This document shows, piece by piece, positions 1 to 12,146 of a stretch of 64,000 nt of DNA. Position 1 is the stretch's first letter, and each line of letters starts with the position of its first letter. This DNA comes from Lama guanicoe (lineage: Eukaryota), in NCBI GenBank assembly GCA_013239625.1, contig MU053493.1:124001-188000 (forward strand), written 5' to 3'. A program made the position numbers and the translations under genes. The notes beneath the pieces are model-generated. The model was not told where the DNA came from, searched no databases, and saw only the letters and a program-made list of their open reading frames with translations.

Positions 1-519
1 ACAAGCACCTGGGTGTAAGAACTTCGGTTAGAGTGCTAGACCAGCTGATAGTAGAGTGATACTCCCAAGTTTCTGCTCACAATTATGTAGGTTTTGAAAA
101 TTAAGACCTTGGGAGCTTCTCCTTGGGCTAGAGACCATCTTCTTTGACCCCTGCTTAAAATGTTTCCCATTCAATCTTTCTGCTTCTTTGATCTTGGCAT
201 TGTTTTCCTAAGGATAAATGGAAACTTCAATGGACTCTTTGGGAAACTTAAGGACTTCCCACACTAACTTCTATAAAACCTGTCCCTCCCCATCACAGCT
301 GCTTCTGCTTCTTACTTTTACTGTTTTAAACCTTCCTTCCAGTTCCCCTGATAATTTGAAATGCCTCCCTTCAAACCCTTACTTCCTCCACCCCTCTGTC
401 CACCAGCCAGAATTTTCCCGCCTTGTGTTCTCCACTCTCTGTGGTCACCTAAATTTCAGGCCCCCTGCCTTCCATCAAGGGCTCTACAGGGATTAAGTGA
501 CCCCCTTAAGGAAACATCT
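1..519 (+). mobile_element. Possible degraded ERV internal (leader/gag-like) remnant
   Basis: Pyrimidine/proline-rich stretch resembling a class I ERV gag leader; no diagnostic motif. Confidence 0.25.
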
Positions 520-3500
520 GAGAGAAGAGAGAATATGGCAGAGTAGAAGGACACTCGTAGCTCACCCTCTCCCACAAATGCACCAAGACTCACATCCACA
601 GACCCACTCAGCCAACCAGAGCACCTGCAGAACTCCAACAAAACATTGCCCTCTTCAAAAGATAGAGACGCCAAAACTCTGGTAGGAGAAAAGGAAAAAA
701 GAAAAAAAGTCAAAGCAGAGCAGAACATGTCCCACGAGGCGGGAACAGCAAAGGATGACAGGTGCTTGTTCGCTGGGTCTCCTCTCTCCAACTGAGAGGC
801 CAGCGGGATGGAGGGGGATCCTCTGAGGATCGGATCTGTACAGACCAGCCCTTGGCCAACAGAACTAAGTTAAACAGGCACAGAGGGTCCCTACAACACA
901 CAGCCCGAGATGCAGGCTGGCAGCTGGGGCAGGGCCAGGCTGCCCGAGCCAGGCGGAGGACAGGGGCGGCTGCATGGGGGCAGCTGCACTGAGGCAGCCC
1001 TGGGGGACTGCAGGGAGCAGCGCGCCATGGCTGTGGGTTCACAGGGCAGAACCATATGGGCCCTCCATAAAACAACACTATTGATGTGCCCTGGGGGGAA
1101 GGGTGCATACGCCCATTGCTGAAAACCCATGGAAAGTTTTTGGAGGGAGAGAGGCGGGGCTCAGGCACAGCCGCCATATCCTCCAGTGCTCAGCATCCAG
1201 GCAGGGGAGGGGGTGAAACCTGTATCCACACCTAAGGGCTTAGCAGCCTCAAAGGCCAGACGGAGACTTGTCTAGAGCCCAAGGCAGATAGGATCCTTCC
1301 ATTCTGGTACATCAGAGAACTTGCTCCACCAAGACAAACAAGGAGCTGGGTTCTGGCCTGGAGCAGGAACAAGGCTGTTCCTCCGTCTTCTCCGAGCACA
1401 CCTGTGGAGTGCCAACCCAAGGCAGAGTGTGCAGCAGCACAGAGGAGCAGAGCGACAGGCGCCAGGAGAGGGAGGGCACCTTCCCGCCTTTTGGGCAGGA
1501 ACACAACCCCTGACCACAGTGCTGGGAGGGGGAGCAACACGCCCTCCTACCTGGCCAGTCTGCAACATCTGACTGTGGCATCGAGGGGCAGTGACCCGCC
1601 TGCCCACCGCAAATGAGAGCTGCATCTGACCCAGTGTTGGGAGGAGGCACGATCTACTTGCCGACAGGCACTGGGAGCAGCACAGACGAGGGCACCAATG
1701 GAAGGTCTCTAGAAACAGCAAGCTGAGGTGCCAAAACAGGACGAAAAGAAAAAGACTTCACATTAAAAACACACAGTCTCCAGGAGAACACCGACACTCA
1801 TCCTTTTTTTTTTTAAATCTGTTTTTACCTGTTCTATTTTCTATTACCCTCTTAATTTTTACTTCTTAATTCATTTTTATTTCTCTAGAGTTTTGATGTC
1901 CTGTTATTGGTTATACACAGATTTCAAACACATCTTTTCATCTCCCCCCCCCTTTTTTTTAAAGATTTTGAAAGGACTTCTTAACTCGACTGCTATTTGG
2001 CTTCAACTTGCTCTTCTGTTATTCATTATACGCTATTTTCAAATCTTTATCCCTCCCTTCTTTTAAAATTCTTTCTCTCTCTCTTTTTTTTCTTTTATTC
2101 CTGTCTTATTCCTACATAGGCATTAGATAGATAAACTACTTAAGGACCACAATAGATAACTGATACTCCATAAGCCACAGTGTGTGAGAGGTCTGAGCAA
2201 GATGAAGAAGCAGAGAAATCATTCCCAATTAAAAGAACAAGATAAATCCCCTGAAAGAACAATCAGTGAAATAGTCATCGATATCCTACTAGATCAAGGT
2301 TTCAAAAAAGGAGTGATCAAAGTGCTGAAGGAACTAAAAGAGATAGTGTTTAGAGATATAAAATATTTCAAAAATGTAATTGAAGCTATAAAGAAGAGCC
2401 AAGTAGAATGGGTAAACTATTTGACTGAGATGAGGAATGATCCAAAAGCTGTGCAAAGCTGACTAGATAATGCAAAGGAATGAAATAGTGACCTAGAAGA
2501 CAGGACAATAGAAAACACCCAATCAGAAGAGCTACAAGATAAACAAATAAAACAAATGAAAATAGCATATGGGACCAATGGGATAATGTAAATTGTGCCA
2601 ATCTTTGCATAATAGGGGTCTCAGAAGGGGAAGAAAGATCAAAGGGAATTGAAAAGGTTTTTGAAGAAATCGTGACTGAAAACTTCCCAAACTTAAAGAA
2701 TGAAACAGGTATCCAAGTACAGGAAGTTCAGAGGGTCCCAAACAGGTAGAACCCAAACAGACCCACACCAAGACATATCATAATCAAGATGGCCAGAGTC
2801 AAGGATAAAGAAATGATTCTAAAGGCAGCAAGAGAAAAACAAAGAGTAAGTTACAAGGGAGCTCCTATAAAACTCTCAGCTGATTTCTCTACACAAACAC
2901 TACAGGCCAGAAGGGAGTGGCAAGATATATTCAAAGTCCTGAATGAAAAAAAAAAAGATGCAGTCTAGGATACGTTATCCAGCAAGGCTATCCTTTAGGA
3001 TACAAGGAGACATAAAGAATTTCACAGACAAAGCTGCAGGAGTTTAGCAACACTAAACCCATGTTAAAAGAAATATTGATAGGTCTACTCTAAATAGAAA
3101 AGCAGCAGGTTGCTACAGAAATGAGAAACTCAAAAATGGAAAGGTGATAACTCATGATTACAAATAAAATAAGCACAAATCTATAAAAGAAGACATACAA
3201 ATCATTGAGAGTGGGAGAGGGAGACAGGGAAATATAGAATATTTTTTATTTCTTTTTAAAATTTTTTGTTCTCGGTCAGATGGGTTTGAGATCATGTTAT
3301 TATCAGTTTAATAAAAACAGTTTTAGTTAATGGGCTATCAGATATACAAAAAAGGGTAACCACAAGCCAAAACCTTACAAGGGAGTCACAAAAATTAAAT
3401 AAAATCCATGATAACACAAAGGAAAATTACCAAATCACAAAAAGAAGAAGAAAGGAACAAAGAGGATATACCAATTCAACTGCAAAGATAAGTTCAAAAT

Positions 3501-4762
3501 GGCAGTAAACACATATCTATCATTAGTTACTGTAAATGTTAATGGACTAAATGCTTCAGTCAAAAGACATAGAGTGGCAGACTGGATAATAAAGCAAGAA
3601 CCTTCACTATGCTGCATGCAAGAGACCCACTTTAGGGAGAAAGACACATATAGATTGTGAGTGAAAGGATGGAAAAGGATATTCCATGCAAATGGAAAAG
3701 GCAAAAAAGCAGGTGTTGCAGTACTGATTTCAGACAAAATAGACTTTAAAACAAAGGCCATAAAGAAAGATAAAGAAGGACATTTTATAATAATTAAAGG
3801 AGTGATACAAGATCACGTTAATCTATATGCACCCAATATAGGAGCACCTAAGAACATAAAACAATTACTAACAGAGATAAAGGGGAATATTGATGAGAAT
3901 ACAGTCATAGTTGGAGATTATAACACTTCATTAACATGACTAGGCAGATCTTCCAAACAGAAAATAAATAAGGCAACAGATAAATTAAACAATTCAATAG
4001 AAAAGTTAGATTTGGTGGATATTTCCAGAGCATTACACCCCCCAAAAAATAGGATGTACATTCTTTTCAAGTGCACATGGAATATTTTCCAGGATTGATC
4101 ATGTACTTGGGCACAAAAGAAGCCTTAAAAATTTTAAGAAGATAGAAATTATCTCAAGCATCTTTACTGATCACAATGCCATGAAACTAGAAATCAATAA
4201 CAGAGAAACAAAGGAGAAAAAAAGGAAAGAATGGAGATTAAACAATATGTCATTTAAAAAATGGGTCAATGAGGAAATCAAAGCTGAAATTAAAAAATAC
4301 CTTGAGACAAATGACAATGAAAGCACAACCACTCAATATCTATAGGACACAGCAAAGGCAGTGCTTGGAGGGAAGTTTATAGCAATACAGGCCTTCCTCA
4401 AAAATGAAGAACAATCAAAAATAAACAATTTAACCCACCAGCTGAATTAATTAGAAAAAGAAGAACAAAAAGCACCAAAAGGCAGCAGAAGAAAGGAAAT
4501 TATAAAGATCAGGGAGGAAATAAATACAGTAGAGATTAACAAGACCATAGAAAAATTCAACCAAACCAAAAGCTGGTTTCTTGAAAAATAATATAAAATC
4601 AACAAACCTCTGGCAAAACTCAAAAAGAAGAAAAATGAGACAGCACAAATTAGCAAAATAAGAAAGGAAAATGGAGAAATTACAATAAATAAAATAGAAA
4701 TACAGAATATCATATGAGAATATTATAAAAAACTATATGAAACCAAACTGGATAACCTAGAG
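520..4762 (+). mobile_element. LINE-1 5' part: 5'UTR, broken ORF1 (~2202-3093), ORF2 endonuclease region (from ~3499)
   Basis: Starts aatatggcagagtag; ORF1 peptide MKKQRNHSQLKEQDKSPE; endonuclease motifs GVAVLISDKIDF, NLYAPN, IVGDYNT; stops and frameshifts. Confidence 0.95.
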
Positions 4763-7637
4763 CACATATGAGCAATATAATATGGTATTTTTCTTTCTCT
4801 TTCTGGCTTACTTCACCTACAATGACATTTTCCAGGAACATCCATGTTGCTGCAAATGACGTTATGTTGTCAGTTTTTATGGCTGTGTGGTATTCCATTG
4901 TATAAATATACCACTTCTTCTTTATCCAGTCATCCATTGATGGACATTTAGGCTGTCTTCAAGTGTTGGCTGTTGTAAATAGTGCTGCTGTGAAAATTGG
5001 TGTGCAGGTATCATCCTGAAGTAGGATTCCTTCTGGATATATGCCCAGAAGCAGGATTCCTGGGTCATATGGTAAGTCTGTTCCTAGTCTTTTGAGGAAT
5101 CTCCATACTGTTTTCCACAGTGGCTGCAACAAACTGCATTCCCACCAGCAGTGGAGGAGGATTCCCCTTTCTCCACAGCCTCTCCAGCAATTGTAATTTG
5201 CGGACACTTGAATGATGGCCATTCTGACTGGTGTGAGGTGATATCTCACTGTAGTTTTGATATGCATTTCTCTGATAATTACTGATATTGAGCACTTTTT
5301 CATGTGCCTATTGATCATTTGTATTTCTTTCTTGGAGAATTGCTTGTTTAGGTGTTCTGCCCATTTTTGTATTGGGTTGTTTGGTTCTTTCTTATTAAGT
5401 CGTAGGAGCTGCTTCTATATTCTGGAGATCAAGCCTTTGTTAGTTTCACTTACAAAAATTTTCTCACATTCTGTAGGTTGTTGTTTTGTTTTGCTTATCA
5501 TTTCCTTTGCTGTGCAGAAGCTTGTAAGTTTAAATAGGTCCCATTACTTTATTCTTGCTTTTATTTCTATTGCTTGGGTAGACTGCCATAGGAGAATATT
5601 TTTGAGATGTATGTCAGATAATGTCTTGCCTATATTTTATTCTAGGAGGTTTACTGTATCTTGTCTTATGTTTAAGTCTTTGATTCATTTTGAGTTTATG
5701 TTTGTGTATGGTGTAAGGGAGTGTTCTAGCTTTATTGATTTACATGCTGTGGTCCAGTTTTCCCAATAACATTGGATGAAGAGACTGTCATATTTTTTAA
5801 ACATTTTTATTGATTTATAATTGTTTTACAATGTTGTGTCAAAGTCCAGTGCAGAGAACAGTTTTTCAGTTATACATGAACATATATATAGACTGTCACA
5901 ATTTTTTCTCTGTGAGCTACCATAAGATCTCATATATGTTCCCCTGTGCTATAGAGTAAAATCTTGTTTATGTATTCTACATTTTGAAATCCCAGTCTGT
6001 CCCTTACCACCCTCCATACCCTTGGCAACCACAAGTTTGTAGCCTATATCTATGAATCTATTTCTGTTTTGTATTTATGCTTTGTTTTTTGTTTCTTTTA
6101 GATTCCATGTATGAGAGATCTCATATATTTTTCTTTCTCTTTCTGGCTTAGTTCACTTACAATGACATTCTCCAGGAGATCCATTTTGTTGTAAATGACG
6201 TTATGTTGTCCATTTTAATGGCTGAATAGTATTTCATTGTATAAATATACCATGGCTTCTTTATGCAGTCATCTGTTGATGCACATTTAGGCTGTTTCCA
6301 TGTCTTGGCTATTGTAAAAAGTGCTGCTATGAACATGGGCTGCAGGTGTCATTTTGAAATAGGATTCCTTCTGGATATATGCCCAAGAGCAGGATTCCTG
6401 GGCCAGTTGGTAAGTCTATTCCTAGTCTTTTGAAGAATGTCAATACTGTTTTCCACAGTGGCTGCACCAAACTGCATTCCCACCAGCAGTGTAGGAGGTT
6501 CCCTTTTCATTGATTTACAGGCTGCTGTCCAGTATTTCCAACACCATTTGCTGAAGAGACTGTCTTTATTCCATTGCATATTCTTGCCTCCTTTGTCGAA
6601 GATTACTTGACCAAAAGTTTGGGTATATTTCTGGGCTCTCTATTCTGTTCCATTGGTCTATATGTCTGTTGTTGTACCAATACCATGCTGTCTTGATATC
6701 TGTAGCTCTATAGTATTGACTGAAGTCTGGGAGAGTTATTCCTCCAACCTCTTTCTTTTCCCTCAGTCATGCTTTGGCAATTATAGGTCTTTTGTTGTTC
6801 CATATAACTTTTATTGTGATGTGTTCTAGTTCTGTGAAATATGTCCTGAGTAATTTGACAGGGATTGAATTAAATCTGTAGATTCCCTTGGGCAGTATAA
6901 TCATTTTAACAATATTCATTCTTCCAATCCAAGAGCATGGGAATCTTTCCCATTTTTTAAAGTCTTCTTTAATTTCCTTCATCAGTGGTTCATAGTTTTC
7001 TGTGTATAAGCCTTTCACCTCCTTGGTTTGATTTATCCCTAGGTATTTTATTACTTTGAGTGCTATTTAAAAGGGGATTATTTCTTTACTTTCTTTTTTC
7101 TGTTGATTCCTCATTAGTGGAAAGAAATGCAACTGATTTTTGAAAGTTAACCTTGTAACCTGCTACCTTGCTGAATTCTTCGATCACCTATAGTAGTCTT
7201 TGTGTGGACCTTTTATGTTTTCTATACGTAGTAACATATCATCACCATATACTGACACTCTTACCTCTTCTTTTCCAATTTGGATCTTTTACTTCTCTCT
7301 CTTGCCTGATTGCTGTGGCCATGACTACCAAGATTATGTTAAATAAAAGTAGTCTAGTGGGCAGCCTTGTGTTGTCCCAGATTTTAGTGGGAAGGTTTTA
7401 ATTTTTTCACTGTTGGGTACTATGCTGGCTGTAGATTTGTCATATATAGCTTTTATTATGTTGAGATATGTTCCCCCTATACCCACTTTGGTGAGAGTTT
7501 TTATCATAAATAGGTGTTAAATTTTATCAAATTCTTTTTCTGCATCTATTGAGATAATCATATGGTATTGGTCCTTTCTAATGTTGATGTGATGTATTAC
7601 ATTGATTATAATTCAATTAAAAAATGTTAAAAAAAAA
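4763..7637 (-). mobile_element. Rearranged LINE-1 ORF2/3'UTR pieces (minus 4763-5789, 5791-6505, 6506-7603; plus-strand tail 7603-7637)
   Basis: ORF2 C-terminal peptides [44 protein letters not shown]; poly-T tail at 5791; poly-A tail at ~7620-7637. Confidence 0.9.
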
Positions 7638-7639
7638 GC

Positions 7640-10512
7640 CCAGCATTGTTTCAAACAAATTCATCAAGGATCATAATGACACTCATAAGTTCATTCAACT
7701 CCATGAAATTGATTTTTGTTCTCAATGTTACATGATCCCATTAACTTTTTCAGTAGTTTTGCAAATTTCTACTCAGACTAAAATAATAGTCTCAAAGTTA
7801 TTTAAGTGATGATATCAGTGATAATTCCTGCCTGTAGCCAATTGTAAACACTTTATTCAGAAGAATTCAAGTCAAATAATAATGTTCTTTAAATGACAAA
7901 TGACTTAAAATGTTCATGATTAAAGTTTTGATGAGAGGTCACTTGATAAGAAAAATTAGTCATGTGACATATAAAACTTTATGCTAGTAACTATGCAATG
8001 AGCATATTGACAGATTTCTATGAACTTCTTACTATTTGGGAAATACTTGTTTAATAACACATATCCAGACACATATAAGCTAAGGACTTTTATCATCACT
8101 TCTTAGTTGGCAAGGAATTTAAAATACCAAGTAAACCAGATAAGGTTAGCATCTCTCTTTTTCAAGGTGGGAGGCAGATTATTAGGGATATTACCAGAGG
8201 CCTCTGTTTGAGGTCAAATATCCCATTTGAAATTTGATTTTGGGAACTTGTTAAATATAGTAAGTAAGGCCTAGACAGTTGACTAAATAAGATGGTAGGT
8301 CACTATAAAACAATTCTTTGTTGCCCCTTTAACCAAAGTTACAACTAAGAGATGTCAAAGTCACATACAGAGACAAATATTTGTAAAAGAGCTAGTTCTT
8401 TTAATATTGAGAAGACTTGGTTTTCTTAAGTAATCAAATAGCTGTTAAAACAACATGAAGCACAGGAAATTATTTTAAGAAGCAAAATCTTGATTTCATA
8501 GAGAGATTACTTGAATAGTGAAGAAAAATCTTTAAAAAATTTCCCGTTGAGAACAGATCAATAATCTCGGTAATGTTTTTGTTATTTTAGGAGAAAGACA
8601 GAACCCAAATCTAGTGTTACATCAGTGCAGTATTGATTTTATGGCTAATTTTTCAAATAATGTAAATAAATCCATCAAATGGATGCCAGTTTGCCAATAC
8701 AAGATTCCTTTTCCAATATTCCTTTCCCACAAATCTTCCTCAATTAAAAAAAAATCCATTAGTCTTTCATCTTATTATTTACTTTTTCTCATTCTAGAAA
8801 AGTAGATGATCTAATTTTTAACAAAATTAAACCTTTTTTTCCCTAAGAAAAGCACATCCTTCATATCTTTCCTTAACAATACATATAGCACTTTTCTTAC
8901 AGGCAGGGATTGTTTTTCTTTACTGTTATAATTCATAGAGGGATTTACATATATTGATTACAATTGTTAACCATTCATCAACTTTGTTTTACAGAGAAAA
9001 GTAGAAAGTAAGCAATTTTTAAACTACTTGCCAGATACTGATATTCTGCACCAAAATTTTAAGTAATGCATTTTCATAGTACAATTTATTGTTTATAAAC
9101 AGACTCAAATATATTAATTTTTATACTGTATTTATAAAGATACAAAATGTAGATAAGCTTTTGACTATACTTAAACAAAAAATAATTCAATAGCATAAAA
9201 AGAGATAAATGTTTATTCAGAAATTAATGTTTAAATGTTTTATTTAGAAATGATCTAGATATTCAACAAATATATATTATTTACCTTCACTTAGTATAAC
9301 TTTAAATTTTCAAGTTACTAAAAAGTTTGCAAGACCAGTTTTAAATGGACTTACTACTATAAAACAGAATTACTTTTGAAGTATATTTGTAAACTTTTAT
9401 TCATTTACGTCTATTTACTTACTTGTTATTAACAATTATGTTTGAATAGATCATGAAAGTTTCATGAACTAAACAAATCTAGGCATAATCCTGAGTTATT
9501 TTTTGTTGACAAATTAGGCAGCTATCAAAAAAGATCACATAAACAAAAAGACAAGTTAAAGTGACCTGTTTATGGAAATTTTGGAGGAGACTTTTAATTT
9601 CCTTTTGCTTTGACATGCGATCTGATGAAGACAGTGAAGTAAAACTTTCGGCCAGTAGCTGAGGAGACCCCTACCAGCTGCAAAATCCATCCAAGTGGAC
9701 AAAATGTACAGTTCTGTTTCCTAGTAGGCCTTTTTTCTCTTTTCAGCCCAAAATGGTTGCTTTTAGGGGAGATCCGTTAATCTGCTGAGATTAACCTCCA
9801 TGTGGGAATAAAGTTCAAGTGAGTGTTAAGAGCCAAAGGGTTAGGTGGGAAGGAAAAGTCTGTGTGGTGCATAGAGAGATGGAGGAGGTTGGAATTGAAG
9901 GGGACACATCAAATGACCCAAGGGAACTGGAAGAAAGATCCAAAGCAGTGAAAGGGGGAAACGGGAACAGTTATGACAGGAAGGGAGAGGACTGAGAAGC
10001 CAGACTGAGTTTCCAAATTATCTTTAGTAAAACTGTGTCCAAAAGAAAAGGAAGTGAAAAGTGTTGGTGGAGCTAATACTCAGCAGGTATTTTGAATGTC
10101 ATTTTTCAGTCCACTGAGATGGTTCCAACATCTTAAATAGTAGTAAATTTATACTTATGAACACAGAAGTCTGGGGCTCTAACCCAACTTTTCAGCTTCT
10201 TGCAAATGCATGCTTACCTGGAACTCTAACGCCATTTGTGTTTGCCTGTGACTCCAACCTGGCTTCCTAGAGAGAAGCCCAGATCTCTAACCCAGACTCT
10301 GTTTTTCTGGTACTCTAATCTGTATTGCAGAGTATCCGCAAACCTATGAATCAGAATCCCTCCTTACCATCTTCAAGGGATATTTGCCTGGACCAATGAT
10401 TTGAAGTCAGACTCAACAAAGGATCCCAAATCAATCAATCAAGAGTGAATACAAAGGCTTCAAAGGAGTACTCAAACTCCAGGATGCATCTAGTTTATTT
10501 GAATTGTAGCAT
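7640..10512 (-). mobile_element. AT-rich non-coding ERV1 (MER4-group/MER31-int-like) internal remnant
   Basis: Abuts the MER31-like LTR; composition typical of MER4-group internals; no ORF. Confidence 0.5.
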
Positions 10513-10953
10513 TGTAACTGTCAAATAAAACCAGAGTTTTTAGAGGAGTGAAAACAGGTTTTATTCATGACTTTTGCATTGGGGAAAGGGGATAGAACAG
10601 GCTCAATTCCAAATACAGCATGAGGAAGTTGGAATTTATAAACAAGGAGCCTTGAGGGGGAGCTCAGGAAATGGAAAATTGCTAAGGGCAAACAACAAGA
10701 GCCAGATTGTGGCTAAACCCACCTAACAGGCATTTTGCTGGAGTCATGCCAGGTTGATCTGTCATCACCTGGTGGATTTTGAAGGGTGATACACCTGATT
10801 AGTTGCTGAGGGTCATCAAACATAAGGATGAAATACCCTTGCTAAACTGGTAGAGCAGGGTTCACACTAAGGATTTTACAAGGATATGCACAGATGGGCT
10901 TGGGGGAGTGTTCAGAAGCATGCCTAAGGTTTGTGGAAGCAAAGAATCTGTCA
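10513..10953 (-). mobile_element. MER31-like ERV1 LTR
   Basis: Minus strand tgacagattctttgctt...gcccatctgtgcatatccttgtaaaatcc...ccaggtgatgacagatca; TG...CA ends; homologous to 28482-28945. Confidence 0.75.
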
Positions 10954-11582
10954 CTACCAAAGGAAAATTGAACAGCTATTCCGCAATGAATGAAAGGAAG
11001 AGTATGTCTGGAATACAGGAGATTCCTTAGGGTTTCTATTACTATTACTCTGTCTTGTGATTAAGTTCAGTGGAAAATTACAACTCAATCTGAGCAGGAG
11101 TACTAATGGCCCATCCCTTCTGGAATGAAGGTCTGGGTCACTGCACCAGGTAAAGAGCCATCACAAACTGAGGGGCTTGCTGATGAAAAGTTAATGCATA
11201 ATAGATAGAAGAAAGTGTTTACTAATTTAGCCACTATCACTTTACCACTTTACCAGTTACACAAATGAGGACTGCCAGTGTCATAATGTTTCCCTCCTTA
11301 TTGTGTTGTGATTATGTGTGTATATGTGCATGTATAGCATATATATATATATGATATTTGACATTTAATCTGTGTGTGTATATAAAATGTCAGATGTCTT
11401 TGCATGTTTCAGAGTGTCTAGATGAATAAACCTCACTCAAGTACTTTCCTTCTTCTTCTAGGAAAGTGGTCATTGTGTTGCACCAGGCTACGCAGAATTA
11501 TGACCATGTTATTGTCTGTTTTTGAAGGTTAAGTATGGTTGAAGGTGGTGGGTGTAGGTGACAAGTGGAGAAGGGGTAGACT
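10954..11582 (+). mobile_element. ERV-L internal 3' end with polypurine tract (PPT)
   Basis: ggaagagtatgtctggaatacaggagattccttaggg and ggaatgaaggtctgggtcac match the ERV-L post-dUTPase region; PPT ggagaaggggtagact precedes the LTR. Confidence 0.8.
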
Positions 11583-12146
11583 TGTGATGGTAAATTTCCT
11601 GGGCTAAGGGATGTACAGATAGCTGGTAAATCCTTATTTCTGTGTACAGCTGTAAGGGGGTTTCTAAAAGAGATTGGCTTTGATTCAGCAACTGAGTAGA
11701 GAGATCTGCCCTCACTAATGTGAGAGAATCATTCATTCAGAATAGAGGGCCATAGTGGAATGAAAAGCAAAGAAAATAAAAAACAATGTTTGTTCTGTCT
11801 CCTGGAACTAGAATATCTATACTTTATTGCCCTGGGGCATCAGATATCCTAGTTCTTGGGCCTTTGAACTTTGGGATTTACACCAAGGGCTTCTTCATTC
11901 TAATTCCTTTGGTTTTGGAGTAGCAGTTACACCATCAAATCCCTTTGTTTTTAGGCTTTCAGATTCAGATTGAATTATGCCACCAGCTTTCCTGGTTCTT
12001 CAGCTAGTGGATGGCATATTGTGGGATGTTTACCCTCTATAACCAGCAGAGTAAATTCCAACAATAAATGCTGTTTAGTATCTATCTATTTCTATATCCC
12101 TCTGTCCTATAACTTCTGATTTTTCTGGACAGCCCTGACAAATACA
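11583..12146 (+). mobile_element. MLT2-type ERV-L LTR
   Basis: tgtgatggt start; tgccaccagctttcctggttct; aataaa; ccctgacaaataca end. Confidence 0.85.

Noticed and set aside
710..1721. GC-rich ORFs and CpG-island-like promoters here and at 47.7-49 kb and 61.2-62.4 kb
   Set aside because: These are L1 5'UTRs, not host genes
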